A stretch of 64,000 nt of DNA from an uncultured Alphaproteobacteria bacterium (lineage in GTDB: Bacteria > Pseudomonadota > Alphaproteobacteria > SHNJ01): assembly GCA_964647725.1 (NCBI GenBank), contig CAZYJI010000005.1, forward strand, positions 47,190 to 111,189, read 5' to 3'. Shown here in pieces: positions 9,308 through 19,176 of the stretch. The position numbers and the translations under genes were made by a program. Position 1 is the stretch's first letter. Every line of letters begins with the position of its first letter. Below the pieces are notes generated by a model, which worked only from the letters and a program-made list of their open reading frames with translations, searched no databases and was not told where the DNA came from.

Positions 9308-10384
9308 ATGAATTCCAATGATCAAAACGTTTTTCCACGCGCCGCGTTCGGCGGGTTTGGCCATGAAACTTCAGCCGCGTACATGGATGAACATGAAGCG
9401 CATTTGAATGCCAGTATTGCGATGCGCGTCAAGACGGGTGAAAAAATTCGCGTGCTCGATCTTGCGTGCGGCATGGGCAAAACATCTTTGCGTCTGGCAA
9501 AAAGCGGCGCGGTGGTAACGGCCATAGATCTTAATCCCGAAACTCCCGCACACATTCAATCCGGACTGCAAACCGAAAATCTGCCGCAAGACCGCGTGCG
9601 CGTTATTACAAAAGACATGCGGCAATTGCCGGAAAAAATTCCGGGCGGCCCATTCGATTATATTTTATTCCAGCGCGCGCTGGATTGCCTGCCATACGAA
9701 GATGGCAAAAAAGTCATGCGGAAATTATCGGCGAATCTTAAATCCGGCGGCGGAATTTATTTGACCGTCAGCAGCCCGTCCGCCGATTACGCCAAAGATT
9801 ATGCCGGACAAAACAAACCCATCAAAACACGCTTTGATCGGCTTGCACCGGAATTTCAAATGGCACACCATTTTACCCAGCCCATTTGCATGTACCATCC
9901 GCCCGAATTGCGAAAACTTGCGGCAAAAAGTGGATTGCGATGCGAGCAACTATATTTATCCGCCGCCGGCAGCAATAAATTGATCGCAACAACACAGCCG
10001 CAAATATCCGCGCGCTGGATCGGCATCGCGGCCGCAGCAATCGTGGCATTTGCGGCATCGATACCGGTTTGGAATAATTTGCACCAAAGTTCCGATACCA
10101 TAGAAACCGTGGCAACACCGCAATCCAATCCCACCAAGATTTTTTCGCATATATTCAAGGTGGAGAACGGCAAGGAGATATTGGTTTTCACCACCGCGCC
10201 GGACACCGACCGCGATATGATTCAAGATTGGTTTACCAGCGATTTGGGCAAGGCTTGCCGCGGCAGCCGGTTATCCGGATATCAAAAAACCGAACAAACC
10301 GTGATGCAAAATGGCCGTCCCGTTCCATATGTCGAATATTTCCGCCAAGCCGAGGCCTGGTCCAACAGCCGTCAGCGGGGATAA
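9308..10384 (+). CDS. class I SAM-dependent methyltransferase fused to a TM helix and a C-terminal extracytoplasmic domain
   Basis: SAM motif I 'VLDLACGMGKTSL' and a post-I acidic 'AIDLNPE' are present. A TM helix 'WIGIAAAAIVAFAASIPVW' sits at about residue 230. Confidence 0.55.
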   Translation: MNSNDQNVFPRAAFGGFGHETSAAYMDEHEAHLNASIAMRVKTGEKIRVLDLACGMGKTSLRLAKSGAVVTAIDLNPETPAHIQSGLQTENLPQDRVRVITKDMRQLPEKIPGGPFDYILFQRALDCLPYEDGKKVMRKLSANLKSGGGIYLTVSSPSADYAKDYAGQNKPIKTRFDRLAPEFQMAHHFTQPICMYHPPELRKLAAKSGLRCEQLYLSAAGSNKLIATTQPQISARWIGIAAAAIVAFAASIPVWNNLHQSSDTIETVATPQSNPTKIFSHIFKVENGKEILVFTTAPDTDRDMIQDWFTSDLGKACRGSRLSGYQKTEQTVMQNGRPVPYVEYFRQAEAWSNSRQRG

Positions 10385-10691
10385 ATATCGCAAATACCGG
10401 TTGCGGGTAACCGCGCGGAAAAGTAATATTTGCCAGTTCGATTTTAATATGGATGGAAATCCCATGCCCAAACCCGCAAACAATCATCCTTGGCGCAAAA
10501 GCTCATTGAATACGCCAGTCAAATCCATACCGATGCCGCAGGGTATTGGCCTATCGCCGGATAGGCTCGCCGAATTAAGCGCGGAAATAAGGGACGCGGG
10601 CGCGCAAGCCCGGCAGCGATCCGCCAAAGCAGCAGCCAGATTTGGGTTGCAAGCACCTGATCGGGGAAGCAAATAAAACACGAGGAATAAT

Positions 10692-12386
10692 TTAAATCGC
10701 GGTAACTTTACCGCGCGCGGCTATTATCCGGTTACGTAATCCCGGCGGTAAAACATGATCGCTGGTTCCGTTGCTGCTTGACCCCGGCGCACCTTGCGCG
10801 TCGAGCAGCATGCGCAACCTGTCCGTGTCAATACATCTTGATAAAAATTGCGTGTCGCGTCCGCCCAGCGCCTCAAATTGCTCCGCAATAAATCTGTATA
10901 AGCGCTCGATTTTTCCGCTGCGCCTAACTTCATCGAGCGCCAATATCGAGCCCATATCTTCATCAAATACGGCCGCATAAAGACCAATAGCGGCGGATGA
11001 AAGACCCTTAAGGCTAAAAGGATTTTCCGGCGCTTCCGCGCTGTTTTGTTTTGATATCCTCAAATTTCCATTCACTCCATCCGGGGTTCTATGAGCGACC
11101 ATATCCGGACGAGCGATAGCCAAAGCCGCCCAACCACCAATTTCCAGCCCATATAATCCGGCATAGGCGGCAAAAAAACTGGAAATCCGGGGCATGTTCG
11201 CGGGATCGGCCTTGAATTCAAGATAAGACCGCCAAAGATGGCCGTGCAAAACCGACAAATCGTAATTTTTTTGCGGCGGCGAATCTAAGGCCCGCGCAGC
11301 AGTGCATTGTATCGTGCGCGCCTTGAATATAGGAATTTCCATTTGCTCGGCTATCTGCTGCGTATCGAATCCCATCCAATTCATTTGGCAAATTTTCAAA
11401 TCTTCAGCGCATAACCCGGCTTTCGCAAATCTCAGTACACAATAACTGGCAAAGGCCGGGGTCAAGAAACCATCGTTAATTTTATTCAAAACTTCATTAT
11501 CAAATGCGGCCAGCATTGCTTCCCGCCCATGCCCGTCCCCAAATAATTTTTGCGATATGCGGCGGAAAGTGCATTGAATCATTCCAATCTTCTGCCCGGG
11601 AAATAAGCATGTCGCAAAAGTGGTGTTGAATCCGTTCAAGTACCCCCACCACCCGATCATGACATCTGGTTCGATATGATGAATCTTGGCTATAGCGGCG
11701 ACGGCTTTTTGATAATCGGGGTCCTTTTTTCCAAAAGCTTCTTTAATTTTAGGATGCAATCTTGGTTTTGCCGGCTGAAAGGCGCGCGCAAGATCTGGGC
11801 CAAGCAAAATATATTCATAAAGGCGCGCCCGCACCATGGCTTGCGCCTCAAAGATAAAATTACGTTGATCCTTGCTGGTGGGGGGCAGCCCCAGCGCGGG
11901 AAACAGCGCATACAAATAATCCGTCAAAGATTTTTCAGAACACCCGATTTCTCCGGCCATTTGTTTTTGTGTGGCGGCCCCGGTATGGCATAAATGAATT
12001 GCTATCTCGCGCATTTTTCCGGTAATACCCAACACATCGAACACCGGGTTCAAAGTTTCCGCGGCAAAAACGACTGTTGGATGATGCGGCTGTGCGGCTA
12101 TGGCGTTCAAAAAAACCGGGCGGCGGGAACGGATCCCGTTGGTCGAAACAATTCCAAGTTGCGCCGCCATAATATCTACGCGGCCATGTATTTCTGCATG
12201 GGTCGATTCAACCAATCTTGCAATGGCGCGATGGGTTTTGCCCCGCAACAAATGGTATAAAATACTGATATCGAAAGCATCCCATTCCTTGGCCAAGGCT
12301 AAATTCGCAATAAACGGCCAAGATATTTTCGGCTCCGAATTATTTTTCAATCGCCGATTCGTCATGGGTTCATCCACTACCGACAT
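10692..12386 (-). CDS. hypothetical 564-aa protein with three LuxR/GerE-type HTH-like repeats
   Basis: Three segments fit the LuxR HTH pattern. They are 'LLRGKTHRAIARLVESTHAEIHGRVDIMAAQLGI', 'LCHTGAATQKQMAGEIGCSEKSLTDYLYALFPALGL' and 'MGFDTQQIAEQMEIPIFKARTIQCTAARAL'. The ORF overlaps the upstream ORF by 10 nt. Confidence 0.5.
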   Translation of the reverse strand: MSVVDEPMTNRRLKNNSEPKISWPFIANLALAKEWDAFDISILYHLLRGKTHRAIARLVESTHAEIHGRVDIMAAQLGIVSTNGIRSRRPVFLNAIAAQPHHPTVVFAAETLNPVFDVLGITGKMREIAIHLCHTGAATQKQMAGEIGCSEKSLTDYLYALFPALGLPPTSKDQRNFIFEAQAMVRARLYEYILLGPDLARAFQPAKPRLHPKIKEAFGKKDPDYQKAVAAIAKIHHIEPDVMIGWWGYLNGFNTTFATCLFPGQKIGMIQCTFRRISQKLFGDGHGREAMLAAFDNEVLNKINDGFLTPAFASYCVLRFAKAGLCAEDLKICQMNWMGFDTQQIAEQMEIPIFKARTIQCTAARALDSPPQKNYDLSVLHGHLWRSYLEFKADPANMPRISSFFAAYAGLYGLEIGGWAALAIARPDMVAHRTPDGVNGNLRISKQNSAEAPENPFSLKGLSSAAIGLYAAVFDEDMGSILALDEVRRSGKIERLYRFIAEQFEALGGRDTQFLSRCIDTDRLRMLLDAQGAPGSSSNGTSDHVLPPGLRNRIIAARGKVTAI

Positions 12387-13306
12387 GCGCTAAGTTGTTT
12401 AGCGCGCAACGTCCCGATCAATGGTCTCATATCCAAAGTTCGCTTACCGTTGCCCAGCAAGGATTGGTGCGTGGCCAGTTTTCGGGCCTCTTCGATTGAT
12501 AAAAATCCGCCGCTTAACAACAGGTTCACCGTGTTTTCCAATCGCAACGGTTGATTAGCCAGGACAGGCGCAGAAAATTCCAGGGCGGTGGCGTCCTTCC
12601 ATGCGTGCATCGTCCCGCCACCGTTATTTGCCGGAAACATAAGAACAAATTTCATGGTTTTGGCGCTGTCTTTGAAAAAAATCCAATGTTCCGGATTTTG
12701 GCCATCATTGGCAATCCATAAAGACAGTTGTTCAAAATCGAACAATACACCCTCTTTTCCGGCGTGGCGGCATCCCCGGTGACTGGCGCTGCCAAAAAAT
12801 GGGTTCTTTTCATTATAGGCGATTTGCCACAAAGGGTGATCGACCGATTTTAAATCTTCAACCAGCGGCGCCAATACTGGAACCGCCGCAAGCAGCGCCT
12901 TAAAAACAGTATCGAACGACTGCCCGGGAACATCGATAACCCGGTGCGATGTGTTTTTTCCATCCTGCCTTTTGCTCCAAACGATTTCGCGTTTGACGGT
13001 CTTTAAATCGCTATGATCCAATAAGTAGCCGGCGAATTCATTAGCCTGATCCCCGTCCATCCCATCGATCAGCAAATGGAATTGGGTATCCAAGACCACA
13101 TCAACGTTGATTCTTTGTTTTATCGTTCCTTGTTCTTCATCTTGCGCGCTCAATCCGATTCCCAAATGAGCCATGGTTCCACCGGCCACGAATCTCAGCA
13201 CAGCAAAAACCTTGCTGTCCTTATTGCGATGCCGGAATGTGAATTTTAAATTCATTACCCTACCTATAATTTTTGATATATTTTTTATGGCTACAAAATA
13301 GAGCAT
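12377..13306 (-). CDS. hypothetical protein (about 290-309 aa), first gene of a two-gene operon with the 564-aa protein
   Basis: Long ORF with no recognisable catalytic motif. The start is probably at Met18 (about 13255). It overlaps the downstream gene by 10 nt. Confidence 0.45.
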   Translation of the reverse strand: MLYFVAIKNISKIIGRVMNLKFTFRHRNKDSKVFAVLRFVAGGTMAHLGIGLSAQDEEQGTIKQRINVDVVLDTQFHLLIDGMDGDQANEFAGYLLDHSDLKTVKREIVWSKRQDGKNTSHRVIDVPGQSFDTVFKALLAAVPVLAPLVEDLKSVDHPLWQIAYNEKNPFFGSASHRGCRHAGKEGVLFDFEQLSLWIANDGQNPEHWIFFKDSAKTMKFVLMFPANNGGGTMHAWKDATALEFSAPVLANQPLRLENTVNLLLSGGFLSIEEARKLATHQSLLGNGKRTLDMRPLIGTLRAKQLSACR

Positions 13307-13455
13307 CTGTGCTCTTTTTGCAAACAGTAAATATGCTGGAATTTCAATAAATTAAGACATTAAAAAGCTGGTAGATCATTCGCGTTCAGCGTTTGGAGTA
13401 AACCGCAAGGAGATCCCTCAACATAACGTTCGGGATGACGCACCATTATGGCGCG

Positions 13456-14826
13456 TCACTTCCCGATGCAAAAATCGCGGAATACGATGTCCAAAATATC
13501 TTCGACATCGACCGCGCCAGTGATCCGGGCGATCGAATGGGTGGCGGTACGCAAATCTTCGGCTTGCAACTCCGGCGTATCTGCAACTACAAAACGAGTT
13601 ACAGCTTCCAAAGCCTGTTCCACCGCTTGCCGGTGGCGTATTCGTGTGATTTGCGGCGCATCGCCCAGACCCATATACCGCTCCGCCTGTGCGGCCAGTA
13701 GTACCGATATGGGATCAAGGTTATACCCGTCTTTGATCGAAATCCCGATAATATCCAACGCTTTGGGATAGGATTTTCGATACGCCTCTGCATCAAACGG
13801 CGATCGCAACAGATCGGTTTTATTGACCACCACCATATAATTATCGCCGGCGCCCAAATCCGAAACCTTAGAATCGTTATTTTTCAATGGCTCATCGGCA
13901 TCCAGCAAGATCATTTTAAAATCGGAACGGTCCGCCGCCATCAAACTGCGACGAATGCCTTCTTGTTCGATATCGTTGCTGGTTTCCCGAATACCGGCCG
14001 TGTCGACCAATGTCACCGGGTATCCGCGAATATCCAAATGTACTTCGATCGTATCGCGGGTAGTACCGGCCGTCTGACTGACAATCGCCACCTCGCGCCG
14101 CGCCAACATATTCAAAAGACTGGATTTACCCGCATTCGGCGGACCCAGTATGGCGACGGTCATACCTTCCCGTAACCGTTCGCCGCGCCCATTATCGGCC
14201 AGGTGATCTTTCATTTCTTGTTTCACTTGCAAAATATTTTGCTGTAATTCCGCGAAAATGCCGGGCGGAATTTCTTCGTCGGGAAAATCCAAATAGGCTT
14301 CCAAATGCGCCAGGTTATAAATTAACCGTTCGCGCCAATTGCGGTACAAATCGCCCAGCGCTCCGGACATTTGCCGTAACGCTTGGCGGCGCTGCGCTTC
14401 GGTATCGGCATCGATCAAATCGGCCAATCCTTCGATTTCGGTTAAATCCAGTTTGTTATTGTCAAACGCCCTTCGGGTAAATTCACCGGCCTGGGCAGGG
14501 CGGAAATCAGGCAGGCGGGCCAAGGCCGCCAATACCGCATGCACCACCGCCCGGCCGCCATGGGTGTGAAATTCCACCACATCTTCGCCGGTAAAGGAAT
14601 TGGGCGCAGGAAAATACAATATCAATGCCCGGTCAATAACCGCATGACCGTCTTGGTCGTATAATTCAACGAGCGATGCCAGGCGCGGCGCGGGGATTTT
14701 GCGCGCCATCCGTTCCAACGCTAAATACGCGCCAGACCCAGAAATGCGGATCACCGCCACACCGGACCGGCCGGGCGGGGTGGAAAGCGCAAAGATTGTA
14801 TCCTTTATATATATATCGTCTTGCAT
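13456..14826 (-). CDS. mnmE: tRNA modification GTPase MnmE (TrmE)
   Basis: G-domain 'GPPNAGKSSLLN', 'DTAGIRE' and the C-terminal 'CIGK' motif are present. Confidence 0.93.
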   Translation of the reverse strand: MQDDIYIKDTIFALSTPPGRSGVAVIRISGSGAYLALERMARKIPAPRLASLVELYDQDGHAVIDRALILYFPAPNSFTGEDVVEFHTHGGRAVVHAVLAALARLPDFRPAQAGEFTRRAFDNNKLDLTEIEGLADLIDADTEAQRRQALRQMSGALGDLYRNWRERLIYNLAHLEAYLDFPDEEIPPGIFAELQQNILQVKQEMKDHLADNGRGERLREGMTVAILGPPNAGKSSLLNMLARREVAIVSQTAGTTRDTIEVHLDIRGYPVTLVDTAGIRETSNDIEQEGIRRSLMAADRSDFKMILLDADEPLKNNDSKVSDLGAGDNYMVVVNKTDLLRSPFDAEAYRKSYPKALDIIGISIKDGYNLDPISVLLAAQAERYMGLGDAPQITRIRHRQAVEQALEAVTRFVVADTPELQAEDLRTATHSIARITGAVDVEDILDIVFRDFCIGK

Positions 14827-14884
14827 CGGAAATAATCCGGGGTTAGGATCCCAAGGAAATTGCGAACGGCATTAAGCCATAGGA

Positions 14885-15427
14885 GTGTACAAGATGCAAA
14901 CAAAACCAAATTCAAGATTGCGCAGATGGAGTCCTTGGATTCTTGGAGTAGCGGGAGGATTGGTCGGAAGCCTGGCTGTGCTACAGTACGGTAAGGCCTC
15001 AAACCCTAAACCCGATCAGATCGAACTTATTCAGGCGCCAGCATTGCCCGGTGCAAAACAGGGATCTATGGGATTCAGGGTAAGGCATGACGGCGATCTT
15101 TATGAATTCTATCACGTGCAATTGCAAGGCCAGGCCAAAGATTGTTTGATTATTTTAAAAGGGATCGATCCCGATACCGTGGCCATCGCCGATGAAAATC
15201 GCGCCCGGGAAATCATGAGATCTATTCACGACAGGCAAAATCCGGGCGCCGAAAATGCCGAGGCCTTGACAAACATTTATGAAAAATTGGTGATGGGCGA
15301 TATTCTGCTGCTAAGGCCCAATCCAACCCAAAACCGATTTCAAGAAGAAAAGCCCAAGGGCGGTTCCCTTGCCAATCCCCTCAACGTTTTGCATCTGGCA
15401 ACCATACGGGGCGAAATGCGGCGATGA
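14885..15427 (+). CDS. hypothetical membrane-anchored protein (180 aa)
   Basis: N-terminal TM 'WSPWILGVAGGLVGSLAVL'. It overlaps the next ORF by 4 nt (ATGA). It may be a paralog of the next gene (YxKLxMGD / YARIRMGE; both end in MRR). Confidence 0.45.
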   Translation: MYKMQTKPNSRLRRWSPWILGVAGGLVGSLAVLQYGKASNPKPDQIELIQAPALPGAKQGSMGFRVRHDGDLYEFYHVQLQGQAKDCLIILKGIDPDTVAIADENRAREIMRSIHDRQNPGAENAEALTNIYEKLVMGDILLLRPNPTQNRFQEEKPKGGSLANPLNVLHLATIRGEMRR

Positions 15428-15975
15428 AATTAAAAATAAATACCGTCACTTTGCGATGGATTGGGATTGGATTTGTCGGTTTATTTACAACGCTGACAAT
15501 ATTGAATATTCACGTGCGCAGTCCGGTTGATCCGGAAAATTTTCCAACCGAACCTTTGAATGAAAACAAAGATGAAAATGCCGATACAGATTTTCCTTTG
15601 TTAGAACAAACCAAGGAAGACATCGCCATTAATCAAGAAATCGGCGATGCGCGGTATAAATTTATTTACAAATATCCAGTTTTAAATGCGGATGGATCCG
15701 TTCGCGCCTTAGATGGGCTGGATATCGAGGTCACGCCGTTTTTGGACGCAAAAAATCCACCGGATCAAAACCCAAAAACCTTATTATTAAAATTATATGC
15801 CCGCATCCGGATGGGGGAAAACGACGGTATCATCGATCCGGCCGCGGCCGGAATTATTATCGATACGATTTACAAAATGGATGAAGTTATAGAACGGCAA
15901 AATAAAGCCGCGCCATTAAGCCTTTTGCAGTCGCAAACGCTGCACCGTTTTTCCGCCTTGCAAATGCGACGATAA
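15424..15975 (+). CDS. hypothetical membrane-anchored protein (183 aa)
   Basis: N-terminal TM 'LRWIGIGFVGLFTTLTIL'. It is translationally coupled to the previous gene. Confidence 0.45.
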   Translation: MKLKINTVTLRWIGIGFVGLFTTLTILNIHVRSPVDPENFPTEPLNENKDENADTDFPLLEQTKEDIAINQEIGDARYKFIYKYPVLNADGSVRALDGLDIEVTPFLDAKNPPDQNPKTLLLKLYARIRMGENDGIIDPAAAGIIIDTIYKMDEVIERQNKAAPLSLLQSQTLHRFSALQMRR

Positions 15976-16224
15976 AATTTCGTCGATATCTTCCTTGGTT
16001 TTATAAGCGTACCAAACGCCTTCGGGATATATCACCATCACGGGGCCTTGTTCGCACTGATCCAGGCACCCGGCCGCATTGATGCGGGTTTCGGCGATGC
16101 CTAATTCCTTGGCGCGCGCTTTCATATAATCGCGCAGTTTTTCGGAATCCTTGGCGGCGCAAGATCCGCGTTTATGATCGTCGGCGCGGCGATTGGTGCA
16201 ACAAAAAACATGGAACTGATACAT
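15916..16224 (-). CDS. thioredoxin-like [2Fe-2S] ferredoxin
   Basis: 102 aa with Cys ligands in the pattern 'CCTNRR...C..C' and 'CLDQCEQGPV', as in NuoE-like 2Fe-2S ferredoxins. Confidence 0.65.
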   Translation of the reverse strand: MYQFHVFCCTNRRADDHKRGSCAAKDSEKLRDYMKARAKELGIAETRINAAGCLDQCEQGPVMVIYPEGVWYAYKTKEDIDEILSSHLQGGKTVQRLRLQKA

Positions 16225-16226
16225 GA

Positions 16227-16460
16227 TTATTTTTTCTTAGGCGATGGGGTGCCGCCGGCGCTGGATATGAAATCCTGCCATTGCTGCAATCCTTGCATGC
16301 CCATTTGCGCCCACTGCGCGAAAACATCGCCGTCCGCGCCGCTGCCCATCATTTCGCGGGTTTTGTCCATCCATTGTTGATGCAATTCCGTCACATCCGG
16401 CAGGCCCATAAATCGTCTGGCTTCTTCGGGTGAACATTCAATGTCGATTTTAACTTTCAT
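16227..16460 (-). CDS. small conserved hypothetical protein (77 aa), co-transcribed with the ferredoxin
   Basis: ORF ending 3 nt before the ferredoxin start, with an acidic/Gln-rich C-terminal tail. Confidence 0.45.
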   Translation of the reverse strand: MKVKIDIECSPEEARRFMGLPDVTELHQQWMDKTREMMGSGADGDVFAQWAQMGMQGLQQWQDFISSAGGTPSPKKK

Positions 16461-16511
16461 GCGGCACCTTTATGGCTGATAATCCAGGAATCATAGCAGA
16501 AAGCGATGTAA

Positions 16512-18530
16512 ATGCAAAAACCGCAAACTTGCCCACCGCTAAACCGTCTGGCCACCGAGAAAAGCCCGTATTTGCGCCAACATCAGGACAATCCGGTCGA
16601 TTGGTATCCATGGGGCGAGGCGGCGTTTGATGCGGCGCGCGCGCAAAATAAACCGGTTTTATTATCGGTCGGTTATGCGGCGTGCCATTGGTGCCATGTG
16701 ATGGCGCATGAATCGTTTGAAAATCCGGATATTGCCGCAGTGATGAATGATTTGTTTATCAATATTAAATTGGACCGGGAAGAACGGCCAGATCTGGATA
16801 TGATTTATCAACGCGCGTTATCGTTGATGGGCCAACAAGGCGGCTGGCCGCTGACCATGTTTTTAACCCCGGATGGAAAACCATTTTGGGGCGGAACTTA
16901 TTTCCCGCCCGAAACGCGGTTTGGCCGTGTGGCTTTCCCAGCGGTGATCAAACAAATCCGAAAATTATATGATGAACAGCAAGATAAAGTTCTGCAAACA
17001 ACCGGCCAGTTGGGCGCGGCGTTACATGCGGCGTTAAGCCCATCTGAAAAACGATTTGATATTGATTTATCATTAACCGACCGTGCTTGCGAAAGATTAT
17101 TGGAATCGTTCGATCCGGTGCATGGCGGGCTTGGCGATTCGCAAAAATTCCCGCAAGTGCCGTTATTGCATTTGATGTGGCGCGGATATTTGCGCACAAA
17201 AGATGCGGCGATGAAAAACGCCGTGATTAATACGCTGAATCATATTTGCCAAGGCGGGATTTACGATCATGCCGGTGGTGGATTCGCGCGCTATACGGTC
17301 GATCCGGAATGGCTGATCCCGCATTTTGAAAAAATGCTGTATGACAATGCGCAATTGATCGAAATATTGTCGCTGATTTATACCGAAACCAAAAACCCGT
17401 TATATGCGCGGCGCGTTGCTGAAACCATTGATTTCTTGCTGCGCGATATGAAAATAAAGTCCGGATCCGATTTTGCTCTTGCCGCATCGTACGATGCCGA
17501 CAGCGAGGGCGAGGAGGGCAAGTTTTACGTTTGGGACGAAGCGGAGATCGATAAAATTCTAGGGCCCGACAGCGTGGCGTTCAAAAAATATTACGATGTT
17601 CGCGCGGGCGGAAATTGGGAACATAAAAATATTCTAAACCGCCTGCAAACGATCAATCTTGTTGACGATGCCGCCGAGAAAAATCTGCAAGCATCTTTGC
17701 AGAAATTGTTCCGGGTGCGGGAAGGGCGGATAAAACCCGGATTCGACCACAAGGTCTTGTGCGATTGGAATGGGCTTGCGATATCAGCGCTGGTTTATAC
17801 GGGGAAAATATTCAACCGTGCCGATTGGATCGATGCGGCGCAAACAATTCTAAATTTCGTTAAAAATAATTTATATAAAGGCAGCAAATTGCTGCATTCT
17901 TTTACGGACGGCGCTGCCGCGCATCCGGCGACGCTGGACGATTACGCCAATATTATTCGTGGCGCGATATTGTTATACGAAGCAACCAACGAAGAATCTT
18001 ATTTACAATTCGCCCAGGAATTGGCCCAGCATTTAACCGATCATTATTGGGATCCTAAATCCGGCGGATATTTTTATGTTTCAAACGATACGGTCGATGT
18101 TATTTTACGCGCCAAATCCGCATCCGATCACGCCGTGCCGGCGGGCAATTCGACCATGATCGAAAATTTGATGCGGTTATATTATCTGACCGGCGCTCAT
18201 GAATACCGCGCCAAGGCCGAACAGATTATCGCCTGTTTTTCCGGCGAGGTTCTGGAAAATTTCTTTCCGCTGACGACTTATTTGTGCGGCCATGAATTCC
18301 TGCTGCGCGCGCAGTTATTTTGTGTGATCGGCCCGGATGCGGAAAAAATTGCCGCGCAAATCTGGCAGAATTCGGACGCCAATAAAGTTATTCTGACCGC
18401 CAAAGACCAATTGCCAGGCATCGATAAAACTCACCCAGCCTATGGCAAAAAACCGATCGATGGCAAAACGACGATTTATGTTTGCGATGGCGGCAAATGC
18501 CTGCCACCCATTTTTAAAATACCGGCATAA
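16512..18530 (+). CDS. thioredoxin-domain protein YyaL (DUF255, N-acylglucosamine 2-epimerase-like)
   Basis: N-terminal '[22 protein letters not shown]...[11 protein letters not shown]' is the DUF255 thioredoxin-like signature. Length is 672 aa. Confidence 0.82.
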   Translation: MQKPQTCPPLNRLATEKSPYLRQHQDNPVDWYPWGEAAFDAARAQNKPVLLSVGYAACHWCHVMAHESFENPDIAAVMNDLFINIKLDREERPDLDMIYQRALSLMGQQGGWPLTMFLTPDGKPFWGGTYFPPETRFGRVAFPAVIKQIRKLYDEQQDKVLQTTGQLGAALHAALSPSEKRFDIDLSLTDRACERLLESFDPVHGGLGDSQKFPQVPLLHLMWRGYLRTKDAAMKNAVINTLNHICQGGIYDHAGGGFARYTVDPEWLIPHFEKMLYDNAQLIEILSLIYTETKNPLYARRVAETIDFLLRDMKIKSGSDFALAASYDADSEGEEGKFYVWDEAEIDKILGPDSVAFKKYYDVRAGGNWEHKNILNRLQTINLVDDAAEKNLQASLQKLFRVREGRIKPGFDHKVLCDWNGLAISALVYTGKIFNRADWIDAAQTILNFVKNNLYKGSKLLHSFTDGAAAHPATLDDYANIIRGAILLYEATNEESYLQFAQELAQHLTDHYWDPKSGGYFYVSNDTVDVILRAKSASDHAVPAGNSTMIENLMRLYYLTGAHEYRAKAEQIIACFSGEVLENFFPLTTYLCGHEFLLRAQLFCVIGPDAEKIAAQIWQNSDANKVILTAKDQLPGIDKTHPAYGKKPIDGKTTIYVCDGGKCLPPIFKIPA

Positions 18531-18560
18531 ATAAAAAGGGCCCCGATTGGGGCCCTTTTC
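18531..18560. terminator. bidirectional rho-independent terminator between convergent genes
   Basis: Hairpin GGGCCCCGATTGGGGCCC is flanked by an A-tract upstream and TTTT downstream. Confidence 0.7.
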
Positions 18561-18580
18561 AGAATCAAGCTAAACAGAAA

Positions 18581-18994
18581 TTATTTGTTCTCGATAAAAT
18601 CCATAACTTTGGACGATGTGCCGTCAGCTGGAACAGTGACAACGCATTCTTTCGCGGTTCCGCCGCTGCCAATGGCACCAATGACTTGATTGGCGCGCGC
18701 GCTGCTCATCGTATCTGGTGTGCAGGTTGGCTGTTGTCCGTTGCAAACTTGCTGCGCGCGGTTGCAGGCGATCGTATCGCGATTAGGATTAGTTCCACAA
18801 ACGGTCATGCAGTGCGTACCGTACGGAGAATCCGGATCGGTTTTACAACATTCGCGGCACCAGCCCGGAGGCGTACCAGCATTGGAACAAGTGCAAGGTG
18901 TGGTGTTGATACAAGTGGCCTTCGCTGGCGTGGTGTATGCCAAAACGCCCAAACCAAACATCAATAAAAATAGGCAAAATTGAACGGTTTTCAT
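18581..18994 (-). CDS. secreted cysteine-rich small protein (137 aa; about 12 Cys in the roughly 110-aa mature part)
   Basis: Signal peptide 'FCLFLLMFGLGVLAYTTPAKA'. A Thr/Pro/Asn/Cys-rich domain follows (CINTTPCTCSNAGTPPGWCRECC...). Confidence 0.55.
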   Translation of the reverse strand: MKTVQFCLFLLMFGLGVLAYTTPAKATCINTTPCTCSNAGTPPGWCRECCKTDPDSPYGTHCMTVCGTNPNRDTIACNRAQQVCNGQQPTCTPDTMSSARANQVIGAIGSGGTAKECVVTVPADGTSSKVMDFIENK

Positions 18995-19176
18995 GAATAG
19001 CTCCCCTAATTGGCCAATAATCTAATTGTTCATTAACGGTCCCAAAACAATATGTCAATTCTTTAATAGGAAATAGATTGTAATATTATTACTCTTTGGT
19101 TGTTTTTGTTAGAGACATGGTTTTTGAAACATGATAAATGATATAATCCATTGTTACGATAGAGAGATATAAAATC

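Noticed and set aside
12377-13306. Calling the 309-aa protein a nucleotidyltransferase, HEPN or defence component
   Set aside because: No hG[GS]...D.D, Rx4-6H or Walker motifs could be convincingly placed, so it is left as hypothetical.
13288-13311. Hairpin AGAGCATCTGTGCTCT followed by TTTTT as a plus-strand terminator
   Set aside because: No plus-strand gene ends upstream of it. More likely it is a weak bidirectional structure downstream of mnmE, or lies within the 5' region of the 12377-13306 gene. It is too ambiguous to annotate.
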